This document shows, one piece after another, positions 1-8,611 of a stretch of DNA of 64,000 nucleotides (its first letter is position 1; every line of letters starts with the position of its first letter). A program made the position numbers and the translations under genes. The notes under the pieces are model-generated. The model made no database searches. It saw only the letters and a list, made by a program, of their open reading frames with translations, and had not been told where the DNA came from. Origin of the DNA: a virus. The stretch lies in the IMG/VR virus record IMGVR_UViG_3300045988_110372, positions 17,924 through 81,923 of that record; one strand, written 5' to 3'.

Positions 1-903
1 TATGACAACGACATTTTCGCCACTTTTCTTTGAGTAGATACATTTGTCAGTCGAACCTACTTTCTCGGCAAATTTGACCGCATCTACAAGCGATAAATCG
101 GATTGTGACAGACCTTGATTGCCTGAATATACATTTATTGAAACTTCACCCTTTGGTGTCTTGTTCGGATAGTAGTAAGGGATATTGTCACTGCTTCCTA
201 CACCAGTAATTCTGTTTACAAGGTTGTAGTTTGCGTTCTCTTTTGATACGGAAAGCAAAGCACCGTCAATGCCGTACTTCATCACCGTAGGTATTGCGTT
301 CTGCTCATATCCTACGTGTATGGTCTTTCCGACAAAATAGTAAGGCAGCTTATATACATTGTATATTTCCTGCAAAGCTTCAAGAATGTATTTGTCCTCG
401 AAAGATACAAGCTGGCTTTCAGAAGTTATGCCCTCGTCAATTACGGCTGTATAGTCTATCTTTGAGTAGGACATGGAAGCATTAAGTCTAGCGACAAATT
501 GTGTTATGTCACCCATGAACTGTACTTTCAGACTGTTGGAAACAACACCGTCAATCGTGCTGTCGCCCTGAACCGCATCTATGAAATAGGTATGATTGAG
601 GACTTCACGTTCGGATTTGAGAGTAACCGAATGTTCGTATCTTTCGTCCTCGTTGCTTTTAGACGATGAGGGTGTATCTTTTACATAGAACTTCTGACCG
701 TCAAATGAAGCATACACCTTGTTCGTCCAAAGCTTGTCGAGGCAAAGTCTGTGCTTTACGGTAGCCTCTATTGTGGGTACGCCGCCCATTCTTCCGTTTG
801 CATCGTATTTGAAATCGCCTATGACAATCTGTTCCGTCTTGTTTGGGAACGGTGTATCCTCGATTCCGTCTACGAATGTGTATAACTTTAAAATCTTCTC
901 CAT
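1..903 (-). CDS. Virion (tail/fibre-associated?) protein, N-terminal part; ORF continues past the left window edge
   Basis: Open minus-strand frame from ATG at 903 (MEKILKLYTFVDGIEDTPFPNK...) to base 1 with no stop. Missing from the ORF track because the window truncates it. Function guessed only from its position next to fibre-like genes. Confidence 0.5.
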   Translation of the reverse strand, partial: MEKILKLYTFVDGIEDTPFPNKTEQIVIGDFKYDANGRMGGVPTIEATVKHRLCLDKLWTNKVYASFDGQKFYVKDTPSSSKSNEDERYEHSVTLKSEREVLNHTYFIDAVQGDSTIDGVVSNSLKVQFMGDITQFVARLNASMSYSKIDYTAVIDEGITSESQLVSFEDKYILEALQEIYNVYKLPYYFVGKTIHVGYEQNAIPTVMKYGIDGALLSVSKENANYNLVNRITGVGSSDNIPYYYPNKTPKGEVSINVYSGNQGLSQSDLSLVDAVKFAEKVGSTDKCIYSKKSGENVVVI

Positions 904-922
904 TGTGCACATATATTTAGCA

Positions 923-930
923 CAAATATA
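923..930 (-). promoter_or_regulatory. Bacteroidota-type -7 promoter box (TATATTTG on minus strand) for the gene starting at 903
   Basis: Plus strand reads caaatata. The reverse complement matches TAnnTTTG about 20 nt upstream of the ATG. Confidence 0.45.
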
Positions 931-1004
931 CTACATTTTTGTACTTATTACAATTATGCAAAGTTAAACTATGTTAATTTGTTTGCAGATTGAAAATTAA
1001 TGAT

Positions 1005-1012
1005 TATATTTG
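1005..1012 (+). promoter_or_regulatory. Bacteroidota-type -7 box TATATTTG heading the plus-strand accessory island
   Basis: Exact TAnnTTTG match (tatatttg). It lies 14 nt upstream of a long hairpin. Confidence 0.4.
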
Positions 1013-1025
1013 CTTCGTATTTGAT

Positions 1026-1129
1026 AAATGTACCGTGCGAAAATTGTAGAAAGTTCTTTTTAATAAGATATACTATAAAGAAGGCATTGGGACTACACAC
1101 GGTACATTTCCAATGCTTTCTTTTTTTTT
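1026..1129 (+). ncRNA. Candidate small RNA or attenuator: 12-bp perfect stem with a 60-nt loop, followed by a T-run
   Basis: aaatgtaccgtg (1026-1037) is the exact reverse complement of cacggtacattt (1098-1109). A ctttc + T9 tract follows at 1116-1129. A promoter box lies just upstream. Confidence 0.3.
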
Positions 1130-1189
1130 ATATACTTTATGTTGTATCGGCTAGAAACCTCGGACATAAAGTTAAACGCTTAGAGTAAA

Positions 1190-1400
1190 GCCCATGCTTA
1201 GGCGAACTGGGGAGTTAATGAACGGTAGCATGGATGCGGCATACACGCATAGGTTCTAAAAGTTGTTTCATGTATGCAGGTAAACAACCACGACTGATGG
1301 GGTGCGATGTGACGACTTGTTACATTAAAAATCCAAAAGAGTGTAACCTAAAAAGAGGATTGTACCTCTAAAGGGGAATTTACACTCTTTCCAAAATGCT
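1190..1400. ncRNA. GC-enriched, hairpin-dense non-coding segment (candidate structured RNA, family unknown)
   Basis: Stems seen: ccatgc/gcatgg, atgcg/cgcat, gttgttt/aaacaac, and aagagtgtaa/ttacactctt enclosing agagg/cctct. Only tiny ORFs are present. The segment is visibly GC-richer than its flanks. Confidence 0.25.
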
Positions 1401-1537
1401 CAGTTCAAACTTATTACCCTGAATAGCTAATGTATATAATAGGAATATTATAGTAAGTATATATTACTAATTAGGTTATTAGTTAATTTATTCCTATATA
1501 AAATATTTATTCATGTCAATTTTTAATTTAGTAAAAA

Positions 1538-2571
1538 ATGTCTAAAAATCAACAACAGAAGAATTTATCGAAAAAGCAAGAGCTGTACACGGTGACTAGT
1601 ACGATTACAGCAAAGTTGAATATAAAGGAAACAAAATTAAGGTATGTATAATTTGTCCTATACATGGAGAATTTTGGCAGAGACCAAATGACCATTTAAG
1701 TGGTTATGGATGTAAACTTTGTGCTAACTTTGAGAATGGGGAAAGGTGTAAGAGTAATATTGATGAATTTATTAAAAAAGCCGAACAAATTCATACGGGT
1801 AAATATGATTATTCCAAAGTTGAGTATATAAATAATCATACGAAAGTATGTATTATATGCCCGATTCACGGAGAGTTCTGGCAAATTCCAAATTCACACT
1901 TATTAGGTCACGGATGCCCATATTGTGCTAACTGTAAAAAGATAGATGAGAATGCGTTTTTAGAAAGGGCTAAAGCTGTTCATGGCGCGAAATACGATTA
2001 TTCTCAGGTTGAATTTGTCGACAGTAAAACGTATGTTAATATAATTTGTTCAAAACATGGTAGTTTTTGGCAAACACCTGAAAGTCATTTAAGAGGAGCA
2101 GGATGTCCTCGTTGTTCTTCTTCTAGGGGAGAGAAGGAGATAGAACGTTTTCTAAATATTTTGGGCGTTAACTTTCAACCTCAATACCAAATAAATCTTG
2201 AACAAAAAATGTTTTCAAGAAACAACATAAGGGTTGATTTTTATCTACCAAAGTATAGCACTATAATAGAGTTTAATGGGAAGCAGCATTATGAGTATAA
2301 TTCATTTTTCTATAAAAATAGAGATGACTTTGATATACAAGTTGAACGAGATAAAAGATTAAAAGAGTATTGCAAGAACAACAAGATAAATCTTATTATA
2401 ATTAAATATAAAGATATAGATAAAATAGAAAAAATACTTGAAAAAAACATAATTAAGTTAATAAAAGCTAAATGTTTGGATGCTTTTGTTGAAGTTGCCA
2501 AAGATTATGTACCTTTACAACACTATGATAGTTTTATAAAAGATATTAATTTAAAGTTTAAAGACCTATGA
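1538..2571 (+). pseudogene. Disrupted homing-endonuclease-like gene: three Zn-ribbon repeats plus a C-terminal Vsr/DUF559-like PD-(D/E)xK nuclease domain
   Basis: The ATG at 1538 is out of frame with the conserved body. The body frame opens at 1546 (TTEEFIEKARAVHGD) and hits an in-frame TAG at 1597-1599. It then stays open to 2571 with no ATG before 2206. The repeats (VHGxxYDYSKVEY..CxICPxHGxFW..GC..C) are paralogous to ORF 11845-12840. The C-terminus reads RVDFYLP..IEFNGKQH. Confidence 0.6.
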
Positions 2572-2819
2572 AAATTCTATTTATCATTGCACTTTGCATT
2601 TTTGTTGCGCTCTCTTTCTACAAGTACAAATGTACTTCAATCAGCAAGTATATCAATTTCGTTGACAAGGAACTGATGAATATCGAAACCATGAAGCGTG
2701 ACCTTGAAGATTTAAGTCCTAAGGCATGTACGTTTACTTATTGTTTTGGTTATATAACCTCTCTTCTTGTGAAGCTTTCAATCGTATATCTTTCATGTTT
2801 AGGAATTTCAACACTATGA
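2568..2819 (+). CDS. Small membrane protein (hypothetical)
   Basis: ORF track. ATGA overlaps with both the upstream and the downstream gene. Hydrophobic N-terminus MKILFIIALCIFVALSF. Confidence 0.45.
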   Translation: MKILFIIALCIFVALSFYKYKCTSISKYINFVDKELMNIETMKRDLEDLSPKACTFTYCFGYITSLLVKLSIVYLSCLGISTL

Positions 2820-3082
2820 CAAACAATGAAAAGATTGATTTTATAGACAGTGTTCTAGTATATAGTTTCCAATGGGAAATAAATTTTAAGAACATACTTT
2901 TGTCTAGGATAAAGAAAGCTATGCCCGAAGCGTTAGATGTAAGTATATGTGACGATTCTTTCGACAATTATTACGTATGCGTAATTTATAAGGATGAAAC
3001 AATTCACAGCCTTTACGAAATACAAGACGGACTAGTTATTGACATGCTTTATGATTTGTGTCTGTTTATTAAGGAGGATTGA
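2816..3082 (+). CDS. Hypothetical protein (start taken at internal Met MTNNEKIDF)
   Basis: Part of ORF 2726-3082. The ATG at 2816 forms an ATGA overlap with the stop of the preceding gene. Confidence 0.45.
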   Translation: MTNNEKIDFIDSVLVYSFQWEINFKNILLSRIKKAMPEALDVSICDDSFDNYYVCVIYKDETIHSLYEIQDGLVIDMLYDLCLFIKED

Positions 3083-3084
3083 CT

Positions 3085-3225
3085 ATGGAAATATATTACA
3101 CTGAAGAAGAAATCAGGAATTTCCCAAGATGTGCCTTATGTGGAAGAATAATATTTCCTGACGAACCTATTTATGGCAATTTTGTATACTATTGTGAATA
3201 TTGTTGGTTTAATCATGTAAATTGA
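3085..3225 (+). CDS. 46-aa Zn-ribbon-like protein (CxxC...CxxC)
   Basis: My translation is MEIYYTEEEIRNFPRCALCGRIIFPDEPIYGNFVYYCEYCWFNHVN. aaggagg lies 7 nt upstream. The ORF is below the track's size cut-off. Confidence 0.4.
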   Translation: MEIYYTEEEIRNFPRCALCGRIIFPDEPIYGNFVYYCEYCWFNHVN

Positions 3226-3301
3226 GCCTATGGATTTCGGACAAGATTACCCAAGTGACGAAGAATACGATGATTTTGACAATTATAATGATGAGTAATT
3301 T

Positions 3302-3520
3302 ATGCAAAGAAACTATGTGATAAACAGAGGCAATTTTGAAATAAGAATTGACTTTGGAAAAGAAAACTCAAAGGACTATACCACAATGGTAAAGTCCGAA
3401 GTAAAAGACGGAAAGGTAAAGGTTGTTGAAGCAACTACTTTAGGGAAAGCCTACAAATGGGATAAGGATAGGATAAACTCGTATCTCATGGAATTATACG
3501 GATTGGAGGATAAAGAATGA
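3302..3520 (+). CDS. Hypothetical protein
   Basis: ORF track. Last sizeable gene of the plus-strand island. Confidence 0.5.
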   Translation: MQRNYVINRGNFEIRIDFGKENSKDYTTMVKSEVKDGKVKVVEATTLGKAYKWDKDRINSYLMELYGLEDKE

Positions 3521-3672
3521 AGGAATTTTAATGTTTTATATTGTATTTAATTATTTGTGGCGTTCCAATAGAACTGATATTAAGATATTTCAATTACACC
3601 CCTAACATAATGGAAAGTCTTATCCTAGGTGCTTGCTTTTGTATCTTATACGAAATTAACAATAAAAAGAAA

Positions 3673-3701
3673 TCCCCACCTGCTGAATGAGTAAGTGGGG
3701 A
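3673..3701. terminator. Bidirectional hairpin terminator between convergent genes
   Basis: tccccac (3673-3679) pairs with gtgggga (3695-3701). A/T runs lie on both sides. Confidence 0.5.
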
Positions 3702-3713
3702 TGTTTATTGTAT

Positions 3714-4276
3714 TTAAACTAATTCTACATATAAACCTACTAGCGCACTTAAATCGTGGCTTAATGGAATGCCGCTGTCACGTGTACATCTGTATAACAC
3801 GCCATCCTGGGTATAGTATTTATTGGCAAATATTTCCATAGGAGGCGTATATGGAATAGCATCATCTATTGTACCCTCATGTTCTTCATCAACTACTTTC
3901 CACAATGATGCAGTTTCAAGACCTGGCTTCCCAAAGCAAATCGTCACACTGATATTTTTCTCCTTTCTTCACCGACAAGTCATCCGCTGACCACATCGGG
4001 AAAAGCGACTTTCTTTCGAGTGCCTGATTATTCGTAATAGGAATAGCGTGATACATTCAGGTATAACATAAGCCTTGTATGAGTATTCGTCTATCTTATC
4101 AAGCGAATCAATATCTTTCACCGCTTCATCGTGCTTCATTATTCCGTTGGCTTCTTCTTCCGTCACTTCAATGTAGTTGTCTTAACTTACATTCTCTCCT
4201 TTCACAGACTTATAAAAAAAACATCTTGTCCTTATCCGACAAGTAATATCCTTCTTTTGCTTTTATCTCTTTCATA
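3714..4276 (-). pseudogene. Fragmented gene (fibre-associated repeat protein?) broken across three frames plus an in-frame TAA
   Basis: Pieces: MKEIKAKEGYYLSDKDKMFFL* (ends in a T8 run, plus-strand A8 at 4215-4222); DNYIEVTEEEANGIMK...; MYHAIPITNNQALERKSLFPMWSADDLSVKKGEKYQCDDLLWEARS*; and track ORF 3714-3947. Together they read as one protein with two tandem P-x-W..Y..G/D..LY/LW repeats. Confidence 0.5.
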
Positions 4277-4289
4277 ATTACTCCTTTCG

Positions 4290-5210
4290 TTATGCGGATG
4301 CAAGTGAAACATTTGGTTGTGCTTCAAGTGCTGCTACTACATCAGGGTCAGCATTATACTTATTATAACAATAAGCCGAAAGTGTAATTGTAATTTTTTT
4401 TGTTGGTGCTGCGTTGTTAATGATGTAAAGTAGGCTGTCTTTGGCAAATAATGATGAGCTGGTTATATTTAACGATGTATTAAGTTTTGATATGTTTGCA
4501 AATTGCATAGACACACAATTAGTAAACATATAATCAATATCCACATCATTACTTGCATCAAACTGTAGTATATAAATTAAAGAAGAACAACCAGTAAACA
4601 TATAACTCATATCTATAGCACTGCTTGTATCAAACTGTGGCACAGAAGTTATAGAATAACAGTTAAAAAACATGTGATTTATAAACACAGCACTGCTTGT
4701 ATCAAATTTTGGAACATAAATTAAAGAAGAACAACCAGCAAACATATAATTCATATCTACAGCACTGCTTGTATCAATCATAGGAATGAATATTAGCGAA
4801 CTACAATCTTTAAACAATTTGCTTAAACTTGCCCTTTTGCTTGTATCAATCTTAGGAAGATAAACAATTCTATCTTTATATTCCTGAATATTATCAATAG
4901 TCAACACACCATACAGGTCAATATTATCCTGCGGTACTTTATGATAAACATCATCTTCTTCATTCCAATTAACACCGTGCGTCTGATAGTATTCTATATC
5001 TTCATCAGTCCAACCAATAGCTTTCAACCCCTCTACGTCTGCATGACCTGTAAAACCACTACTTCCACCACCGCTTTGAATACTTGCAATCTTATCGGGG
5101 TAGTTAGCCAACACATCTCCCACATCACTAACGCCTTTCGCTTCGATAGCAGCCTTAATCTTTGCTTTGCTATCTAATATTTTATTTAATTTCTCTGCCG
5201 TTGTTCCCAT
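4290..5210 (-). CDS. BspA-like leucine-rich-repeat (DUF285-type) fibre / receptor-binding protein
   Basis: Five or more tandem units of FDTSSAxDMxYMFxGCSSLIY(V/I)PxFDTS. The N-terminus LNKILDSKAKIKAAIEAKGV is typical of phage fibre proteins. Confidence 0.75.
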   Translation of the reverse strand: MGTTAEKLNKILDSKAKIKAAIEAKGVSDVGDVLANYPDKIASIQSGGGSSGFTGHADVEGLKAIGWTDEDIEYYQTHGVNWNEEDDVYHKVPQDNIDLYGVLTIDNIQEYKDRIVYLPKIDTSKRASLSKLFKDCSSLIFIPMIDTSSAVDMNYMFAGCSSLIYVPKFDTSSAVFINHMFFNCYSITSVPQFDTSSAIDMSYMFTGCSSLIYILQFDASNDVDIDYMFTNCVSMQFANISKLNTSLNITSSSLFAKDSLLYIINNAAPTKKITITLSAYCYNKYNADPDVVAALEAQPNVSLASA

Positions 5211-5211
5211 A

Positions 5212-5772
5212 TCAAATCACCTCCTTAAACCATTTATAACCATAAGCGGTTTTTAATTTACCGTTCAAAGCTGACGAGATATTGCAACCTTTTACGTTTA
5301 AACTTTTAGCCGCCTCACATACTCCATTATAATGAATAATATTTCCGTTTTTATCTATAGAATATATTCTTTTCCTTTGGGTAATACCTGCAATTATATG
5401 CCTTCCATTATAGGTGTTATTGTATTTTATATCACACCATTCAAGATTTCCTTTTCTATTATCACTTTTATTCTCGTTTTTATGATTAATAAACTTATAA
5501 TTTTCTTTATTATCAATAAATGCTTCTGCTACAAGTCTATGCACTTTACACATCTTTACATGACCTTTTTCGTTTCTAAACATAACGGTAGAATATCCAT
5601 CTTTATCTTTGTACAAACGAAGTTCTTTTTCTTTATATAAAACTGTTCTACCCATTGAATCTACCTGCTCATATCTATTCCTTTTTACTTTCCCATTATC
5701 ACTAATACTATATTTAGGGAAATTATCTATAACTTTCCACATATTTATTACTATATTACACACTTTCACCAT
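5212..5772 (-). CDS. Free-standing HNH homing endonuclease (NUMOD4 / HNH_3 / IENR1-like); likely start at Met11 (5742)
   Basis: Motifs WKVIDNFPKYSISDNGKV, VHRLVAEAF, INHKNENKSDNRKGNLEW, and C-terminal AYGYKW. Confidence 0.85.
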   Translation of the reverse strand: MVKVCNIVINMWKVIDNFPKYSISDNGKVKRNRYEQVDSMGRTVLYKEKELRLYKDKDGYSTVMFRNEKGHVKMCKVHRLVAEAFIDNKENYKFINHKNENKSDNRKGNLEWCDIKYNNTYNGRHIIAGITQRKRIYSIDKNGNIIHYNGVCEAAKSLNVKGCNISSALNGKLKTAYGYKWFKEVI

Positions 5773-6010
5773 TTATTGAATCCAAAATAGCATCAATGTT
5801 TCCGATTTGCTCTAATGTAGCATACTTTCCGTCTGCCTGAGTAGATGTGATAAAACCGCTTACATCAGGTATATCACTTGGTTTAGCCAACTGATTTGTT
5901 TCAATATATTTAGGTACACCACTTCCATCAGAAACATATATTCTTTCTGTACCTTGTATATCACTTACTTTATCCGTAAGTTCACTTAGTTTCTTTCCGT
6001 TTACTGCCAT
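5756..6010 (-). CDS. Small fibre-like / virion protein (hypothetical)
   Basis: ORF track. Lies in the minus-strand string after the portal. Sequence includes KLSELTD..IYVSDGSGVPKYIETNQL. Confidence 0.55.
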   Translation of the reverse strand: MAVNGKKLSELTDKVSDIQGTERIYVSDGSGVPKYIETNQLAKPSDIPDVSGFITSTQADGKYATLEQIGNIDAILDSINGESV

Positions 6011-6012
6011 AA

Positions 6013-6327
6013 TTATTTATTGTTTGTAAAGTGCCAATAATTTTTATCTACCTTCTTGGAGGTAGCCGTATTTTTGCTTGTAGTAGAACGTGGTTTTCTT
6101 GTTTTCGTAGTCGTATTGGTATCATTTACCTGATTAACACTGAAAGTCTGTAAAACCGCACTATCTTCAAGTATAAAATAGCTTCCATCTTCCATAAGAA
6201 ACAAACTTCCGTCCTCCATCAGCAAAGCATCCGTTATATCAGGCTCAGGAGGATTTACGTTTGCATTTCCCAATTTAGGTGCAGGGTATCTTAACCCTAC
6301 ACCAATTCCTATATTGAATCCACCCAT
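6013..6327 (-). CDS. Hypothetical virion-module protein
   Basis: ORF track. 2-nt spacing to neighbours. Contains the internal repeat LMEDGSLFLMEDGSYFILED. Confidence 0.5.
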   Translation of the reverse strand: MGGFNIGIGVGLRYPAPKLGNANVNPPEPDITDALLMEDGSLFLMEDGSYFILEDSAVLQTFSVNQVNDTNTTTKTRKPRSTTSKNTATSKKVDKNYWHFTNNK

Positions 6328-6329
6328 AG

Positions 6330-6596
6330 CTATTCCATACCGTAAAAAATTCTGTAACTTGTCAAATCTTCCGGCTTTACGTTAAGCTTCGTACATACGA
6401 CAGGATTCCACGTACTTGACATGAATGGGAAATCCACAAGCCCAGTATTATCTGCAAGCTGTACGTTTATTACGTATACCGAAGCCGCATCGGTGGATTT
6501 AGGTACAAGCATGATATAGAAAGAATCAACCTTGTTAAATTCTCCCTGACTTGTTATCTCTCCACCGTTTCTTATCTTGTCACTCATAAAAGACAT
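6330..6596 (-). CDS. Hypothetical virion-module protein
   Basis: ORF track. Tightly packed and co-oriented. Confidence 0.5.
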   Translation of the reverse strand: MSFMSDKIRNGGEITSQGEFNKVDSFYIMLVPKSTDAASVYVINVQLADNTGLVDFPFMSSTWNPVVCTKLNVKPEDLTSYRIFYGME

Positions 6597-6616
6597 ATTT
6601 ACCTCCTTTTTAAAAA

Positions 6617-6991
6617 TTAGTTATTGTTTATACCACACTGTTGACATTTCTCTTTGAAAGTCTGCATAACAATACAATCTTCTGCTTTCTTTACGAACTT
6701 GCATCCGCTTGAAGCGTAGATAGCTTCGTGTTTTATATCAACCCTCAAAGACAATTCCCTTACCTCTTTTTTCAAAGCGTTTATTTCTTCGGTAGTAGTC
6801 TTTCGGTATTCTTTGCTGCTTTCCGAGTTTTGCTTGATAACATCTTGCAACTCGTCAATCACAGTACGCATATTCTCAATCTCAATGCTGTTTTTCTTTG
6901 GTTTTGCATTGTAGAAATTGAGAATCCATCCACCGCCAAGAAATGCTCCAACTGGGACTAATACATTCTGTACTATTTCCGACCACTCCAT
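6617..6991 (-). CDS. Membrane-anchored coiled-coil protein with C-terminal Cys pairs
   Basis: N-terminal TM segment VLVPVGAFLGGGWIL, a central coiled coil, and C-terminal C..C...CxxC. Abuts the portal stop. Confidence 0.5.
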   Translation of the reverse strand: MEWSEIVQNVLVPVGAFLGGGWILNFYNAKPKKNSIEIENMRTVIDELQDVIKQNSESSKEYRKTTTEEINALKKEVRELSLRVDIKHEAIYASSGCKFVKKAEDCIVMQTFKEKCQQCGINNN

Positions 6992-8611
6992 TTACTCTTT
7001 ACTTGCGCCTCCTACGCCATTTTGATTTGAATCAACATTACTGTTTCCACCATCTCCGTTATTATTGTTCCCGTATTGCAAGGACATTTCTTTTTCTTTA
7101 AGCTTAAACTCTTCCTCTTTCTGCTTTTTCATTCTAATCTTTTCGTCAGGTGAACTTTCAGTATTCTTGTCAATCAGCGTTTCTTCCGAAATGCCACCTG
7201 CGCCTTTAAGAGAAATAAGCATGTTGTTGTATTCTGTATCGTTCTGCGGTCGCCATACCTTGAACTTCGCATTAATGTCTATGCTTTCAAAATCAGTCAC
7301 AGCCGTAAGATTCTTGCCGTTATTGACAAGTTCCTTTGCAAGTCCTTCCTTAAACAACCGGCACATCTTATCCGCAAAATTCTGCCAGTCAATAACACCC
7401 TGCAAGGCTGTTTCAATATCCAAAGACTGTGTAAGCATGATAGCCTGAGCCGAAATATCACCTGAACTTTTCACATCTTTAGGCAGCAGGAAAGTAGCAC
7501 CGCATCCTTTCTGAATGGTTTCTTCCATAAGACCAAGCGTATCAATCATATTCTGCGGACTAGGCGGTGTCTTGAAATCTGCACTACCGTTGCCTTCCAT
7601 AGAAGTGTCATTCAGAATGACCGCACCTGCGACCTTTTCAGACAAAGCCTTGAAGTTACCTTTTACATACAAGATACCCCAACCGTGCCGCTTCTGAATA
7701 ACCAAGAACACGTTGTATATAACCTCGTAAACTTCGATTATGCTCTGTACGTTATCCCAAGCTACACGACCTCTCTTAGTCACCAAAGGTATCTCACTGA
7801 ATCCGTGCGGCACTGGCTTTTCCATTCTCCAGCTATAAGGATTTACGCTGTCGTCATTCCATTCGCATACATATCTGTACATATACGTATCGTCATAGCT
7901 GTCAATGTACTGCGTATCTCCTACTGAATAATACACCGATTCAAGTATTCTGTCACCGTTCTCGTCATTGTGAGGGCAAAGAATATATCCATCTTCGTAG
8001 CTTAACAGTCTAGCCTTGATTCTGCCTTTATAGTCAAAGTAAAACAAAAGACCTGCATCTCCGTAAGACTTCTGCGCACTTACAGCCTTTGTACGCATAC
8101 CGTCCATATTTCTCAAATTCCAATACTGCTTGAAATCAATGAAAGCCTTGTTCTGTTTTTCGTCAGGCTCTGTATTCATCAGCGTGAACTGCATAGGGTT
8201 TCCGCACAAGTGAAGAACGTGCTTGTCCCTGATTAATCTCTGATAAGGAACAGCCATTTTCTTGTATTCTATCTCATACATCTGCCCTTTCTTGTTCTTC
8301 ATGGTAATGGACGGTATATTCTCGTCAAACAGTACCTTGTGGCTCATAGGGTCTAGTTCTCTGACAAACTCGTCCTGACTTACTACGTTTCTCTTGATAT
8401 TAGACAGCGTAGCCTGAATCTTGCCGTTTATGGAAACTTCCTTATCCAAGAAACCATAGTGGCAGTTATTACCAGCGACAGTGCCCCTCGTGAAAGGCTT
8501 CTTCTCCAAAAGCTTTTCAGGTTCTGCCAACAATTCATCAATAAGTTTTCTAGTCTTGCTATTCATCTCCGTTCTCGTTTTCGTGTTCTTTAATACTATT
8601 CGGGTTCTCAA
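6992..8611 (-). CDS. Portal protein (probable true start Met16 at 8566)
   Basis: About 525 aa, close to the large terminase. The acidic/Gly-Asn-rich C-terminus and the size fit an SPP1-type portal. The ATG at 8566 overlaps the TAG of the upstream gene (ATGAATAG). Confidence 0.7.
   Translation of the reverse strand: MRTRIVLKNTKTRTEMNSKTRKLIDELLAEPEKLLEKKPFTRGTVAGNNCHYGFLDKEVSINGKIQATLSNIKRNVVSQDEFVRELDPMSHKVLFDENIPSITMKNKKGQMYEIEYKKMAVPYQRLIRDKHVLHLCGNPMQFTLMNTEPDEKQNKAFIDFKQYWNLRNMDGMRTKAVSAQKSYGDAGLLFYFDYKGRIKARLLSYEDGYILCPHNDENGDRILESVYYSVGDTQYIDSYDDTYMYRYVCEWNDDSVNPYSWRMEKPVPHGFSEIPLVTKRGRVAWDNVQSIIEVYEVIYNVFLVIQKRHGWGILYVKGNFKALSEKVAGAVILNDTSMEGNGSADFKTPPSPQNMIDTLGLMEETIQKGCGATFLLPKDVKSSGDISAQAIMLTQSLDIETALQGVIDWQNFADKMCRLFKEGLAKELVNNGKNLTAVTDFESIDINAKFKVWRPQNDTEYNNMLISLKGAGGISEETLIDKNTESSPDEKIRMKKQKEEEFKLKEKEMSLQYGNNNNGDGGNSNVDSNQNGVGGASKE

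Noticed and set aside
701-910. 69-aa minus-strand ORF MHNGEDFKV...
   Set aside because: It is an Arg-rich alternative frame of the real gene, which starts at 903 and stays open to the window edge.
1597-1599. In-frame TAG as evidence for stop-codon reassignment (TAG to Gln), as in some gut phages
   Set aside because: TAG is used as a genuine stop by other well-supported genes here, for example the GIY-YIG ORF at 26434-26436 and ORF 8559-9158. All large late genes are intact under the standard code. The same gene also carries a frameshift. A pseudogene or a sequencing error is more likely.
2673-2688. Hammerhead-like CTGATGA ... GAAA core
   Set aside because: Only 5 nt separate the two boxes, so stem II cannot form. 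It also lies inside a plausible coding region.
1140-2900. A second group I intron around the Zn-ribbon/Vsr-like endonuclease gene
   Set aside because: No plus-strand exons flank it. The neighbouring minus-strand gene has its own promoter 20 nt from its ATG. None of the td-like core blocks (GACTAT/ATAGTC, ATTAACGA hairpin, terminal ..AATG) occur downstream of the ORF.
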